64,000 bases of DNA from Myxococcales bacterium (lineage in GTDB: Bacteria; Myxococcota_A; UBA9042). This document shows positions 9,527 to 19,855 of this stretch, piece by piece (the stretch's first letter is position 1; each line of letters opens with the position of its first letter). The notes under the pieces are model-generated. The model searched no databases, had not been told where the DNA came from, and saw only the letters and a list, made by a program, of their open reading frames with translations. The position numbers and the translations under genes were made by a program. The DNA is taken from assembly GCA_037441385.1 (NCBI GenBank), contig JBBISH010000002.1, forward strand, positions 32,001 through 96,000, in the 5' to 3' direction.

Positions 9527-11205
9527 GGGGCCTCCCCGGCGCCGTGGACGTCGGGGCTGGCCTCGGCGTCGGCGTCGCTGGGGCGCAGGATCGCCTGCAC
9601 CACCAGAGCATCGTTCAGCAATTCGATAGTGACCGCCACGCTCGCGATCGCGCCGATGAGGCCCGTCGCATACTCGGGAACGCCGCGCCGCCGCAGCGAC
9701 CGAACCAGACGCGGGGTGGCCACCAGCAGCCCATCGCCGCGCTGCGAGCCCGCCACCAGCTGTTTTTCGCCATCGAGCGCCGCCGCCTTGTCCAAGGTTG
9801 GGAATTTGCCCTCGGCCAGCCGGCGCAGATCGTCGCCGGTGCCCTGACCGGCCAGCCAGGCCAGCGCCCGGCCGCGCTGCAGCAGCCACCACGGCGCCCC
9901 GGGACCACTTGCGGAAAAGCCACCCCAGCTGCCTTGCGTGTGCGGCAGCACTTGCTCACCGCCGCCCTGCTGGGCGCTGGCCTGCACTGCCGACCGCAGC
10001 CGATCCAGCCAACCCTTGGCCGCCGTGTCACTCTTGAACGAAGCGACTACAAACGGCCGCAGCGCCGTGTGCCAGTCCAAGCGCGGCCAAATTGCCGGGT
10101 CCAGGGGCACACTGTCGGCCACCGCCAACAGCCCAAGCGCCAACTGACCATCAAAATCGCTCAGCATTTGGCGGGCATCCACGCCGGTCAGCGCGGGGTG
10201 CAGCGCCTGCAGCGCCGTGCTGGGCAGCACCGCATTCTGCACGGGACCGGGCAGCATCGACCAAAGCGCCGGGTTGACGCGCAGGCGCAGCAGCAGCGGG
10301 GTCTCGTCGGGGAGCAGATCGCCCACCGCCAGCTCGGCGCCAGCGGGGACAAAACCGACATGATAGTCCGCCATGTCCTTGAGTTTGTCGGTGCCCGCCT
10401 CCATTCGCAAAGTCGCGCGCACGCCAGCGCTGTCGGCGCTCACGTCCAAGGTCGCCGCCTGGGTGCGCTCGATGACGCCGCCGAACACCAAGTCCGCCGG
10501 GCCCAAGGCGGCGTGACCGGCGGCCTTGGCCTGGGCCGCGAAGCCAGTGGAACCAGCCAACATCCAGCGGACATGCACACTTCCGGGCCGTTCGCCCAGG
10601 TCGCCCGGCGTCAGCTTGGCGGCCGCCAGATAGGCGTCCAGCGCGGCATCGGCCGTCTGCGCGGGCGTTGGGTCCAGCGGCAGCCGCACCAGCGCCGCGC
10701 CGTCGACATGCCAGACCCGCAAAAAATCGCTATGTTGGCCAAGCCGGTCGGCAACGGCCCAGTGGCGGCCGTGGGCATCCCCTTTGGCCGGACTGACGCC
10801 ATAGCCGCGCCGGCGCAGCTGCTCCAGCAGGTGGTCTACCCCCGCCTGCCCGGTCACCGGCACCGCCGTCCACACCGCGCCCTGCCAAAGAGTCAGCGCC
10901 AGCCCGGCGTCGGCGCGCAGGCCGGCCCGCTCCACGGCGTCCGCGTCCGAAAAATCAACCCCACTGGCGAGTTTCACGGCGTCGACCACACCGCCCAGAC
11001 CCTGCACGCGGGCGGCCAGCGCGTGCGCGCCGGTGGCCACCTCGCCCAAAGGCGCTGTCCACACCTGGACTTCCGCGTCCTTGGGCAACCAGGCAGCCGC
11101 CTGCCACGGCGAGCGACGCACGGCATCGCCGAGCCACCACCAGGCCAGCAGCGCCAGCAGGGCCAGTCCCGCGCCGCCCAGCAGCCAGCGGACCCTGGGG
11201 GTCAT
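9523..11205 (-). CDS. Hypothetical N-terminally membrane-anchored protein
   Basis: 560 aa; single N-terminal hydrophobic helix; 4-bp overlaps with both neighbours. Confidence 0.8.
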   Translation of the reverse strand: MTPRVRWLLGGAGLALLALLAWWWLGDAVRRSPWQAAAWLPKDAEVQVWTAPLGEVATGAHALAARVQGLGGVVDAVKLASGVDFSDADAVERAGLRADAGLALTLWQGAVWTAVPVTGQAGVDHLLEQLRRRGYGVSPAKGDAHGRHWAVADRLGQHSDFLRVWHVDGAALVRLPLDPTPAQTADAALDAYLAAAKLTPGDLGERPGSVHVRWMLAGSTGFAAQAKAAGHAALGPADLVFGGVIERTQAATLDVSADSAGVRATLRMEAGTDKLKDMADYHVGFVPAGAELAVGDLLPDETPLLLRLRVNPALWSMLPGPVQNAVLPSTALQALHPALTGVDARQMLSDFDGQLALGLLAVADSVPLDPAIWPRLDWHTALRPFVVASFKSDTAAKGWLDRLRSAVQASAQQGGGEQVLPHTQGSWGGFSASGPGAPWWLLQRGRALAWLAGQGTGDDLRRLAEGKFPTLDKAAALDGEKQLVAGSQRGDGLLVATPRLVRSLRRRGVPEYATGLIGAIASVAVTIELLNDALVVQAILRPSDADAEASPDVHGAGEAP

Positions 11206-12314
11206 TGCGCAGAGGCCTCGAGGAGCGTGCCAAAGCCGGCCTGCACCACGTCAGCAATGCGCTCGGCGGCCTTGCCGTCCCATTTGTCGGGCACGCGCCC
11301 GGCCTTGCCGCCGGTCGCAAGGATGTCTGCCACGGCGGGGCCCAGCTTGGCCGGGTCCACGCCCAGCAGCGTGTTGGTGCCCTCGCTGATGGTAATGGGC
11401 CGCTCCGTGTTCGCCCGCAGCGTCAGGCACGGCACGCCCAGCGCGGTGGTTTCCTCTTGAATGCCGCCCGAGTCCGTGACCACCAGCTTGGCCTGCGCCA
11501 TGGTGCCCAAGAACTGCAGGTAGCCCATCGGCTCCACCAGCTTGACGCCGCGGGGAACAGCCAAACCGGCATCTTCCATACGCTTTTGCGTGCGCGGATG
11601 GATCGGAAACAGCACCGGCAGCTGCGCCGACATCTCGCCCAATCCGGCCACCAGCTTGGCCAGTTGCGCCGGGTCGTCCACGTTCGACGGCCGGTGCAGC
11701 GTCGCCACCGCGTAGCCCTTGGCCGCCAGCCCCAGCTCCAGCCACGGTTGCAGCGCCAAAGCCCGCTCCAAGTGCGTGCGCAGGCTGTCGATCATGCAGT
11801 TGCCCACAAAGCGGATCCGCCAGTCGGCAATGCCCTCGGCCTTCAGGTTGGCGTCGCCGTCCGGGCTGGGGGTCAGCAGCAGGTCCGAGGCGTGATCGGT
11901 CAGCACCCGGTTGATCTCTTCGGGCATCGCCCAATCGCGCGATCGCAGGCCGGCTTCGATGTGGCCCACCGCGGCGCCCAGCTTGCTCGCCACCAGCGCG
12001 CAGGCGATCGTCGAATTGACGTCGCCCGCCACCAGCACCAGCTCGGGCTGAAACGCCAGGCAGTCTTGCTCAAAAAGCGTCAGAATTTTCGCCGTTTGCT
12101 CGGCGTGGCTGCCCGAACCGACGCCCAAGAACGCGTCGGGCCGGGGCATCCCCAGATCGTCAAAGAAGATCTGCGACATCTTGGCGTCGTAGTGCTGGCC
12201 GGTATGGACCAGGCGGACGTCCAGGCCGCGCGCGCGCAGCGCCAAGTACACTGGCGCCACCTTCATGAAGTTGGGGCGTGCGCCCACGACACACGTGATC
12301 TTGGTCGGTTTCAA
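11202..12314 (-). CDS. wecB: UDP-N-acetylglucosamine 2-epimerase (non-hydrolysing)
   Basis: VVGARPNFMK, VHTGQHYD, HIEAGLRS, MPEEINR, TDSGGIQEE. Confidence 0.95.
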   Translation of the reverse strand: MKPTKITCVVGARPNFMKVAPVYLALRARGLDVRLVHTGQHYDAKMSQIFFDDLGMPRPDAFLGVGSGSHAEQTAKILTLFEQDCLAFQPELVLVAGDVNSTIACALVASKLGAAVGHIEAGLRSRDWAMPEEINRVLTDHASDLLLTPSPDGDANLKAEGIADWRIRFVGNCMIDSLRTHLERALALQPWLELGLAAKGYAVATLHRPSNVDDPAQLAKLVAGLGEMSAQLPVLFPIHPRTQKRMEDAGLAVPRGVKLVEPMGYLQFLGTMAQAKLVVTDSGGIQEETTALGVPCLTLRANTERPITISEGTNTLLGVDPAKLGPAVADILATGGKAGRVPDKWDGKAAERIADVVQAGFGTLLEASAQ

Positions 12315-12326
12315 AGTACTCTCCCG

Positions 12327-13331
12327 CTAGCGTTTGCGTCCGCGGCGGCTGGGTGGCGGCAAACCAGGCGAGCGCTCGCTCCTACCGGTCGGTGCCGCGG
12401 GTCGTCGGCCGCGTGAAGGCTTCTTGGGTGGTGGCAAACTATCGATCGGCAAGGATTTCTTGGCCAGCTGCCCGCGCCCTGCCCCGCGCCGCTGCGGCGT
12501 ATCGCTGGGTCCCGGCCCGGTCGACAATCCGGGCGCCTTGGCCGCCTTGCGCCGCGGGTCGGGCGGCAGCTCAAAGGCGCCGATGTGGCCGCGCGTACGC
12601 AGCTGCTCGATCTCGTTGTCTTCCAGGGTCTTCCACTGCCCCAGCGCCAGCCCTGCCGCAGTCACGCCGGCAAACGACACGCGCCGCAGCCGCACCACCG
12701 GGTGGCCCACGCGCTCGAGCAGGCGGCGCACTTCGCGATTGCGGCCCTCGGTCAACGTCAAGCGCAGCCAAGCGTTGCTCTCGGTCTGCTTGACCAGGTC
12801 GACCTGCTCGGCGCGCGCCGGCCCGTCTTCCAGGCGCACCCCTTGCCGCAGCCGCGCCAAGGTCTCTTCCGTCGGAATGCCGCGCACACGGGCTTCGTAC
12901 ACGCGCTGCACCGCGTAGCGGGCGTGGCCCAGGCGCTCGGCCAGGTCGCCGTCGTTGGTGAACAGCAGCACGCCTTCTGTATTGAAGTCCAAGCGACCGA
13001 TCGAACGCAGCGCCTGATCCTTGGGCACCAGGTGATAGACCAGCGGTCGGCCTTCGGGATCGCTGGCCGCGCACAAGAAGCCGACCGGCTTGTTCAGCAC
13101 GAGCAGCAGGCGCTTGGCGGGCATCTTGAGGCGCTCGCCGTCCAGCCGAACCTCGTCGCCAAACGGGTCCACGCGCACGCCCAGTTGGTCGGCCACGTTG
13201 CCGTTGATTTCCACCCGCCCTTGGACGATCAGCTCCTCGGCCGCGCGGCGCGAGGCAATTCCGCAGCGCGACAGGAACTTCTGCAGGCGTTCGCCGCTCT
13301 TGGGTGGTTTGGCAGGGGTCGATCGGGTCAT
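12327..13331 (-). CDS. rluB: rRNA pseudouridine synthase (RluB/RsuA family) with S4 domain
   Basis: ERLQKFLSRCGIASRR S4 domain; GRLDFNTEG catalytic motif; EGRNREVRR; basic disordered tail. Confidence 0.88.
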   Translation of the reverse strand: MTRSTPAKPPKSGERLQKFLSRCGIASRRAAEELIVQGRVEINGNVADQLGVRVDPFGDEVRLDGERLKMPAKRLLLVLNKPVGFLCAASDPEGRPLVYHLVPKDQALRSIGRLDFNTEGVLLFTNDGDLAERLGHARYAVQRVYEARVRGIPTEETLARLRQGVRLEDGPARAEQVDLVKQTESNAWLRLTLTEGRNREVRRLLERVGHPVVRLRRVSFAGVTAAGLALGQWKTLEDNEIEQLRTRGHIGAFELPPDPRRKAAKAPGLSTGPGPSDTPQRRGAGRGQLAKKSLPIDSLPPPKKPSRGRRPAAPTGRSERSPGLPPPSRRGRKR

Positions 13332-13530
13332 GGCCAGCTCCGGAGCAAAGCGCGGTAGTATCGCCGGCCTGCGCGGGCCTGTCCACTGTTGCATCGGCCG
13401 TAGGCTCGCCTTCCCACCTGGACTGCCGCGGCCCAAGTCCGCGTCCGGCCCCAGCTATCCGCCTCGGCGGTTGGCGGCGCGCGGTTGCCTGCTATGCTTG
13501 GGGGCCGCCCATGCGGTCTGTGAGTCGCCC

Positions 13531-14040
13531 ATGTCCGTCCGCGAGGCCGCTTCGGCGGACCCAGCTGTTCAGCTAGTCCAGCAATTCTACAGCGCCTTTG
13601 CCCGCCGCGATGGGGCAGCAATGGCCGCGCTCTATGCGCCCGACGCGGTGTTCAGCGACGGCGCTTTCGGCACCCTCAGCGGTGTCGACGCCGGCCGCAT
13701 GTGGCAGATGTTGTGCCAACAAGGCAAGGACTTGCGGGTGGTGCTCGACCGCGCCGAGCGGGCCACCGATCGCGACGGTCGAGCGCAGGTCAGCGCGCAA
13801 TGGACGGCGCACTATACGTTTTCGGCGACAGGTCGGCCGGTCGTCAACGTCATCCAGGCCACCTTGTTCGTTGATCTGGCGCGCGGCCTGATCGTCGAGC
13901 ATCGCGACGTGTTCCCCTTCTGGCGCTGGTCGCGGCAGGCGCTGGGTCCGATCGGGCTGCTGATGGGCTGGTCGGGGTGGCTGCAGGGCCAGGTGCGGGG
14001 GCGCGCGCTCAAGTCGCTGGCGCAGTGGAAGCCCGCATAA
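13531..14040 (+). CDS. NTF2/SnoaL-like protein
   Basis: FYSAFARRDGAAMAALYAPDAVFSD...WTAHYTFSATGRPVVN...HRDVFPFWRWSRQALG. Confidence 0.88.
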   Translation: MSVREAASADPAVQLVQQFYSAFARRDGAAMAALYAPDAVFSDGAFGTLSGVDAGRMWQMLCQQGKDLRVVLDRAERATDRDGRAQVSAQWTAHYTFSATGRPVVNVIQATLFVDLARGLIVEHRDVFPFWRWSRQALGPIGLLMGWSGWLQGQVRGRALKSLAQWKPA

Positions 14041-14047
14041 GCGAAAG

Positions 14048-15667
14048 CTATTTTGGTGCGACCGTGCGCCGCTTGCGCCGCTGCCAGCCCAGCCACGCCA
14101 CGCAACTCAGCGTCGCCAGCCACAGCGGCAGGTCGCCCCACAGCCGATAGGGGCTACTGAGATCCGCCAGCTTGACCTCTGCCCGCACCGCTGTGGCCTC
14201 GCCCACGCGCGTCTCGCCCAAGAAGCGCCCGGCCGCATCGGTCCAGGCGGTGATACCCGACACGGTGCTGCGCAAGAGCGGCCGCCGCAGCTCCACCGCG
14301 CGCGCCTGTTGCACCATCAGGTGCAGTTCGCCAGCGGGCGGCGGACCGAACCACAGGTCGTTGGTCAGGTTGACCAGCACTTGCGCGTCGCCCAGCTCGC
14401 TGCGCAAGAACTCAGAAAACAGCGCCTCGTAGCAGATGTTCACCAGCACCTGGGCGCGGCCGAGCTGCACCAGGCCCGATGTCGCTCCCGGCGCAAACTC
14501 CGAGATGCCTTCGATGGCGCCTTTGAGCTGCGGAAACAGCCCCGTGCCCGGCAGGTACTCGCCAAAGGCCAGCAGAATCCGCTTGTCGTACGTCCAGCGT
14601 TCGCCGTCCGAACCCAGGACCAGCGCGGAGTTGTGCCCCGGATCGCGCCACAAGGGGTCGCGATGCCGCAGCGATCCCGTGAGCAGCGGCACCGGCAGGC
14701 TCTGGGCAAACGCAAGCAGCCGCGCCTTGCCCTGGAGCGCCGCCTTGCTCGCCTTGGTGGGCTGTTTGGCCGCGGTCGGCCGCACATCGTCGGCCACCCA
14801 AAACAGCGGATAGGCACCTTCGGGCCAGATCACCGCGTCGGCATTGCGCAATTGACCCGCCGCCTCGGCTTGTTTGGTCAGTTGCTCCAGGCGATCCAGC
14901 ATCGGCCAGCGCTGCGCGGCTTGTTTGGCGCGTTTCTCTTCCAACGTGGCATTGTGCTGCACCATGACCGCCGCAAACTGCCCCGTCGCGGGCGCGGCGT
15001 CCACCTGCGCCAAGCGCATCGCCCCGTAGCCCGCCCACGACGCCAGCAGCCCCAAGGCCAAGCCCAGCGGCCGCCAATTGCGATCCAGCCACGCCCGCAC
15101 CAGCAGGCTGGTCACCGCCACCGCCGCCGCCGACACGCCGATCACGCCGACCACGTCGGCCAACTGCATCCACAGCGGCTGACGGAACAGCACGTTGCCC
15201 AGGTACCAGCGGAACAGCCACGGCAAGGCGAACTCGCACACCGCCAGCAGCAGCGCCGTCTGCCCAGCCCGAGGCAGCGCCCGCCGTCCCGGAACTGCGG
15301 TCGCCGCCACCAGTGCCGCAAAGAGCGCTTGATGCAGCCCCATCGCCGCCGCGTGCAGAACCACCACAACCCAACCCACTAGATAGGGCAACCCGCTCAT
15401 CTCGCGCAGGGTGTAGGCCAAGAACGCAAATACGCCGCCATGCAGCACGGTGCCCGCCAGCCAACCCGCGCCAAAGGCTCGCCGCCAGCTTGGGCGATCG
15501 GCCTCGATCCACCCCAGCAGCGGGCCGTAGCCCAGCCACACCAGCGGCCACCAGCCCAGCGAGGGATAGGCCGCCCACAGCAGCACGCCGCTGGCCAGCC
15601 CAAACGCCCACCCGCGCCAGGCTGCTGGTCTCGGTCGGGCGGCTGGCATGGTCGCACTCTCAGACAT
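14048..15667 (-). CDS. lnt: Apolipoprotein N-acyltransferase
   Basis: N-terminal TMs; IWPEGA (Glu), YDKRILLAFGEY (Lys), ICYEA (Cys) triad; TNDLWF. Confidence 0.93.
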   Translation of the reverse strand: MSESATMPAARPRPAAWRGWAFGLASGVLLWAAYPSLGWWPLVWLGYGPLLGWIEADRPSWRRAFGAGWLAGTVLHGGVFAFLAYTLREMSGLPYLVGWVVVVLHAAAMGLHQALFAALVAATAVPGRRALPRAGQTALLLAVCEFALPWLFRWYLGNVLFRQPLWMQLADVVGVIGVSAAAVAVTSLLVRAWLDRNWRPLGLALGLLASWAGYGAMRLAQVDAAPATGQFAAVMVQHNATLEEKRAKQAAQRWPMLDRLEQLTKQAEAAGQLRNADAVIWPEGAYPLFWVADDVRPTAAKQPTKASKAALQGKARLLAFAQSLPVPLLTGSLRHRDPLWRDPGHNSALVLGSDGERWTYDKRILLAFGEYLPGTGLFPQLKGAIEGISEFAPGATSGLVQLGRAQVLVNICYEALFSEFLRSELGDAQVLVNLTNDLWFGPPPAGELHLMVQQARAVELRRPLLRSTVSGITAWTDAAGRFLGETRVGEATAVRAEVKLADLSSPYRLWGDLPLWLATLSCVAWLGWQRRKRRTVAPK

Positions 15668-15753
15668 CGACTAGACTCTCGGCTACCGACCTGCCGGTGC
15701 CGCCGCGAGTCTGGCCGAGGCGGCGCTGGCCGGCAAGTCCAAGCCGAGGCGCG

Positions 15754-16410
15754 GTGCGACGCGTATTCCTGTTTACCGAGCTCGGCGAGCAGTCCCCGGC
15801 CAAGCGCAGCCTTGCGGCCCTGCCGGTGGCGCTGACCACGCGGGTGCTGCGCGGCACTTACCTGGACTGCCCGATCGCCCTGCCGCCCGATATGGTCGTC
15901 TTGGAGCCGGCGCCCCTGCGCCCCGTCGAGCCGCTGGGCGCGCTGCTGGCCAACCACCCGGTGCTGGCGCGCGTGCCCTGGTTGGTGGTCCTGGACCCCG
16001 ACAACGTGCACGTGGCCTCGGGTCTGACCTGCACTGATTTCGTGTTGCGCGGTTTCGCCACCCAAGAGCTGTCGGTCCGGGTCGAGCGGCTGGTGGCGCA
16101 GCGGCGAGTGCGCGAAAGTGCGCTGCGCTCGGGTGCCTTGTCGCTGGACCTCCAGGCGCGCGTGGCCTACCTGGATGGCAGCAATCTCAGCCTCACGCCC
16201 CAGGAATTCGCGCTCCTTCGCTACCTGGTGCAAAACGCCGAACGGGCGCTGTCGCGCGAGCAGTTGCTGCAACGCGTCTGGGGCGATGCCTACAACGGCA
16301 CGGCGCGCACCATCGACATCCACGTGCGGCGTCTGCGGGCCGCCTTGGGCAACGAAGCCGGTCGCCTGCAGACTGTCCGCCACGTTGGCTACCGCTGGCT
16401 CGGCACGTGA
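15754..16410 (+). CDS. OmpR-type winged-helix regulator with degenerate receiver domain
   Basis: LTPQEFALLRYL...SREQLLQRVWG...RTIDIHVRRLRAALG...TVRHVGYR; start (GTG) uncertain. Confidence 0.82.
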   Translation: MRRVFLFTELGEQSPAKRSLAALPVALTTRVLRGTYLDCPIALPPDMVVLEPAPLRPVEPLGALLANHPVLARVPWLVVLDPDNVHVASGLTCTDFVLRGFATQELSVRVERLVAQRRVRESALRSGALSLDLQARVAYLDGSNLSLTPQEFALLRYLVQNAERALSREQLLQRVWGDAYNGTARTIDIHVRRLRAALGNEAGRLQTVRHVGYRWLGT

Positions 16411-16636
16411 CCGCCGCAGCCTTGCCGCACGGGTGAAATCGCACCAATCCCTGGGAAAAACACCCGCACCATCCCGGCCCCAACCCGGATTCCTCCCTGC
16501 AACTCCAGTCGTTGTCGGCGTTCCACCACGTGGCTCCTGTGGCCCGCTGGCGCTTGGCACGACCTATGCAGCGCGTAGTAACCGAGTGGCGTCCGCGAGT
16601 TGCGAAGCAAGCCGCACACGCCCCAGGAGGTAGGCT

Positions 16637-17083
16637 ATGAGATACATCCCTTGGAGGCTCCTGGCAGTGGTCTTCTTCCTCTGCCCCGCGTGTGACTCCA
16701 CGACGCCTGCCGCGGAGACACCCACGCATACAACCGAAGGCACCATCCGCTTTGCCACGCCCTACGCGGGCACCGTGGCCCTGTCTCCGGACTTCAAGCT
16801 GCCGCCGCTGTCCCCCGGCGGGCCAGTCCCCGAGCAATGCAAGGCCGATGGGCAATGCGCGCTGTGGTCCGGACTCTGCATGGAAGCGCACTGCGTCCGC
16901 GGAGCGTGCGTGCGCAGCATCGTTGCCGACGGCGCCGCTTGCGAAGACTTCGACAAATGCACCGTCGCCACCACCTGCCACCAGGGCCAGTGCCAAGGCG
17001 TCGACACATGCGTCGAAGTGCCCGACTACTGGCCGTTCTACCCAGTGCCGCCGTATCCGCTCGACCCCGAGCAGCCGCGGTAG
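16637..17083 (+). CDS. Cys-rich putative lipoprotein
   Basis: GGAGGT RBS; signal peptide ending LCPAC; 10-Cys C-terminal module. Confidence 0.75.
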   Translation: MRYIPWRLLAVVFFLCPACDSTTPAAETPTHTTEGTIRFATPYAGTVALSPDFKLPPLSPGGPVPEQCKADGQCALWSGLCMEAHCVRGACVRSIVADGAACEDFDKCTVATTCHQGQCQGVDTCVEVPDYWPFYPVPPYPLDPEQPR

Positions 17084-17248
17084 CACGAAGACGCGGGCCC
17101 GCAGGGGCAGCCGTTCGGCGCAGGGCAATCGTCCGTTCGCAGCTGCTCTTGCGGGCCGCAGGATTCCAAAGAACCCCGGCGCGGACGCCAAGCCATCTCG
17201 GAGTTTCCCAGCCGATTCCAGCGGATTTCAAACTTGGCCCACAAACGA

Positions 17249-17280
17249 CAAAAGCCCAGACCTTGCGGTCCAGGCTTTTG
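17249..17280. terminator. Bidirectional-type intrinsic terminator downstream of rplQ
   Basis: CAAAAGCC...GACC-TTGC-GGTC...GGCTTTTG hairpin with A/T runs on both sides, between convergent genes. Confidence 0.7.
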
Positions 17281-17352
17281 CCCGATTGCAGCGACTCGTT
17301 CTACCGCACCGATCCCGCAACGCATCCGCGCGGCGACACCGCCGTGGCGGAA

Positions 17353-17703
17353 CTAGACGAACTCGATGATCGCCATTTCGGCGGCATCGCCCGAGCGCGC
17401 ACCGGTCTTGAGCACGCGGGTGTAGCCACCCGGCCGACCGGCAAACCTCGGCGCCAGCTCGTTGAACAGCTTGGTCACCAAGCCGTTGTCGCGCAGCTCG
17501 GCGAACACCAAGCGGCGGTGGTGGATCGAATCGTCCTTGGCCATGGTGACCATCGGCTCGATCACCGTGCGCAGCTCTTTGGCCTTGGCGATGGTGGTGG
17601 CGATGCGACCATGGTTGATGAGCGACTTGCACAGGTTCCGCAACATCGACCGGCGGTGCGAGGTCTCCCGGCCCAGCCGGCGACCACTGACTTTGTGACG
17701 CAT
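17353..17703 (-). CDS. rplQ: 50S ribosomal protein L17
   Basis: [24 protein letters not shown]...[10 protein letters not shown]. Confidence 0.98.
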   Translation of the reverse strand: MRHKVSGRRLGRETSHRRSMLRNLCKSLINHGRIATTIAKAKELRTVIEPMVTMAKDDSIHHRRLVFAELRDNGLVTKLFNELAPRFAGRPGGYTRVLKTGARSGDAAEMAIIEFV

Positions 17704-17786
17704 GATATCCTCAACTCAGCGGCGCGGCCTACACGGCCAACGCCTTATTCTCGTGTACGTATCAGTACTTCGACCAACTCCGGCGA

Positions 17787-18881
17787 CTACGCGGCGGCCG
17801 GCGGCGGCGGACGGTCGGGGTCAAAGCCCTCGACGCGCATGCCCAGCGACAGGCCCATCGTCTCCAAGATGTCCTTGATTTCCTTGAGCGACTTCCGACC
17901 AAAGTTCTTGGTCTTCAGCATCTCGCTCTCGGTCTTCTGCACCAGCTCGCCCACGCAGCGAATGTTGGCGTTCTGCAGGCAATTGGCCGAGCGCACGGAC
18001 AGCTCCAGCGACTCGATCGACTTCCACAGGTTCTCGTTCAGCGGGGCGATGTCGAGCACGCCGCCGTTGCCCTCTTCGAGCTCGGCGTCCTCTTCATCGT
18101 CAAAGCTGACGAAGACCTTGAGCTGGTCGCGCATGATCTTGGCCGCCACGCTGACCGCCGTCTCGGGGTCGATGGCGCCGTTGGTCCACACTTCCAGGGT
18201 CAGCTTGTCGTAGTCCGTGCGGTTTTCCACGCGGGCGTTGGTCACGCGGAAATTGACGCGGCGCACCGGCGTGAAGATCGCATCGATCGGCAGCAGGTCG
18301 ACCGGCGCATCCTCGGCCTCGTCGCGACTGGCGGGGATGTAGCCCACGCCTTCCTTGACGTTGAGCTCCATTTCCACCCGGCCACCCGGCTCCAGCGTCA
18401 TCAGGTGCAGGTCAGGGTTGAGCACGGTCAGGTGCGCGGGCACCTGCAGGGCACCGGCGGTGACCTTCAGGGGCAGCGAACCGGCCGGCGCTTCCGCGAC
18501 CAGCTGAATCAGCTCGGGGCCTTCGCCGTCCAGGCGCAGGTTGACTTCCTTCAGGTTCAGCACGATCTCGGTCACGTCCTCGACCACGTCGGGGAGCGCC
18601 TGGAATTCGTGCAGCGCCGACTGCATCTGCTCGACCATCCGGCGCTGGACCTTGCCCTTGCCGTTGTCGTCCTCGCGCACCACCTTGCCCAGCGCCGCCA
18701 TGCGCACGCCCGTGATCGCCGCACCGCGAATGCTCGACAACAGGACGCGCCGCAGGCTGTTGCCCAGGGTCTGGCCATAGCCGCGCTCCAGGGGCTCGAC
18801 CTGGAACTTGCCGTAGGTGTCGGTCAACTCGACGACTTCGAGCGCCTTGGGGCGAATCAGGTTCTTCCAATTCCGCTGCAT
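17787..18881 (-). CDS. rpoA: RNA polymerase alpha subunit
   Basis: [45 protein letters not shown]. Confidence 0.98.
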   Translation of the reverse strand: MQRNWKNLIRPKALEVVELTDTYGKFQVEPLERGYGQTLGNSLRRVLLSSIRGAAITGVRMAALGKVVREDDNGKGKVQRRMVEQMQSALHEFQALPDVVEDVTEIVLNLKEVNLRLDGEGPELIQLVAEAPAGSLPLKVTAGALQVPAHLTVLNPDLHLMTLEPGGRVEMELNVKEGVGYIPASRDEAEDAPVDLLPIDAIFTPVRRVNFRVTNARVENRTDYDKLTLEVWTNGAIDPETAVSVAAKIMRDQLKVFVSFDDEEDAELEEGNGGVLDIAPLNENLWKSIESLELSVRSANCLQNANIRCVGELVQKTESEMLKTKNFGRKSLKEIKDILETMGLSLGMRVEGFDPDRPPPPAAA

Positions 18882-18983
18882 GGAATCTCCTCGCGTTCAT
18901 CGACCGACCGGGTCACCCGGCCAGCCAGTCAGCCAGCCCAAACGCCACATCGCGGGCGCCGGGCTGTGTTCGTCCCGAGTGGA

Positions 18984-19613
18984 CTACTTCGAGTACAACT
19001 CGACGATGAGCCGCTCTTCGATGGGCATGGTGATGTCGCCGCGGGTGGGCAGCGTCAGCAACTTGCCGGAGAGACCCTTGCGATCCAGCGTCAACCACGC
19101 CGGCACGCCGCGGCGGTCCACGGCCTCAACCGACTCGACGATGCGAGCGATCTCCTTGGACTTGTCCCGGATCTTGACCTCGTCGCCAGCACGGGCGACC
19201 AGCGACGGGATGTCGCAGGCCTTGCCGTTCAGCAGGACGTGGCCGTGGCGAACCAGCAGACGGGCCTCGGCGCGGCTGGTGGCAAAGCCCAGGCGGTACA
19301 CCACGTTGTCCAGACGACGCTCCAGGAACGCCAGCAGCAATTCGCCGGTCACGCCCTTGGCCGAACTGGCCTTCTCGTAGTAGCCGCGGAATTGCTTCTC
19401 TTGGATACCGTAGATGCGCTTGACCTTCTGCTTCTCGCGAAGCTGGCGGCCGTACTCCGAGATCTTGCCGTGGCGGGCCTGGCCGTGCTGGCCGGGGATG
19501 TAGTTGCGGCGCTCAACAGCGCACTTCTCGGTGTAGCAGCGCTCGCCCTTGAGGAACAGCTTCAAGCCTTCCCGGCGGCACAGACGACATGCGGGACCAA
19601 CGTAACGTGCCAT
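18984..19613 (-). CDS. rpsD: 30S ribosomal protein S4
   Basis: [16 protein letters not shown]...[15 protein letters not shown]...IVELYSK. Confidence 0.98.
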   Translation of the reverse strand: MARYVGPACRLCRREGLKLFLKGERCYTEKCAVERRNYIPGQHGQARHGKISEYGRQLREKQKVKRIYGIQEKQFRGYYEKASSAKGVTGELLLAFLERRLDNVVYRLGFATSRAEARLLVRHGHVLLNGKACDIPSLVARAGDEVKIRDKSKEIARIVESVEAVDRRGVPAWLTLDRKGLSGKLLTLPTRGDITMPIEERLIVELYSK

Positions 19614-19855
19614 GTTCGCTCCAAATACTCGGTCGCCACGCCCCAGTGAACTTGCACTGTCCGGTGGCCTTGGCCGAGGGCTGGGTTCGGGCACCTGCGC
19701 CGGATCTGGCGGCAGGCTTGGTCTTGTCCGGGTTTGCCCTGGGCGGCCGCTTCAGGCGCGCGTAGGCAAGGGACTGCGGACCAATTCAAGCCCTGGGTAA
19801 AGCACTGCTTGCCCCGCCTTCGCCCATGGAAGGCGCGGTGCGAGCTGCGCAGGGA

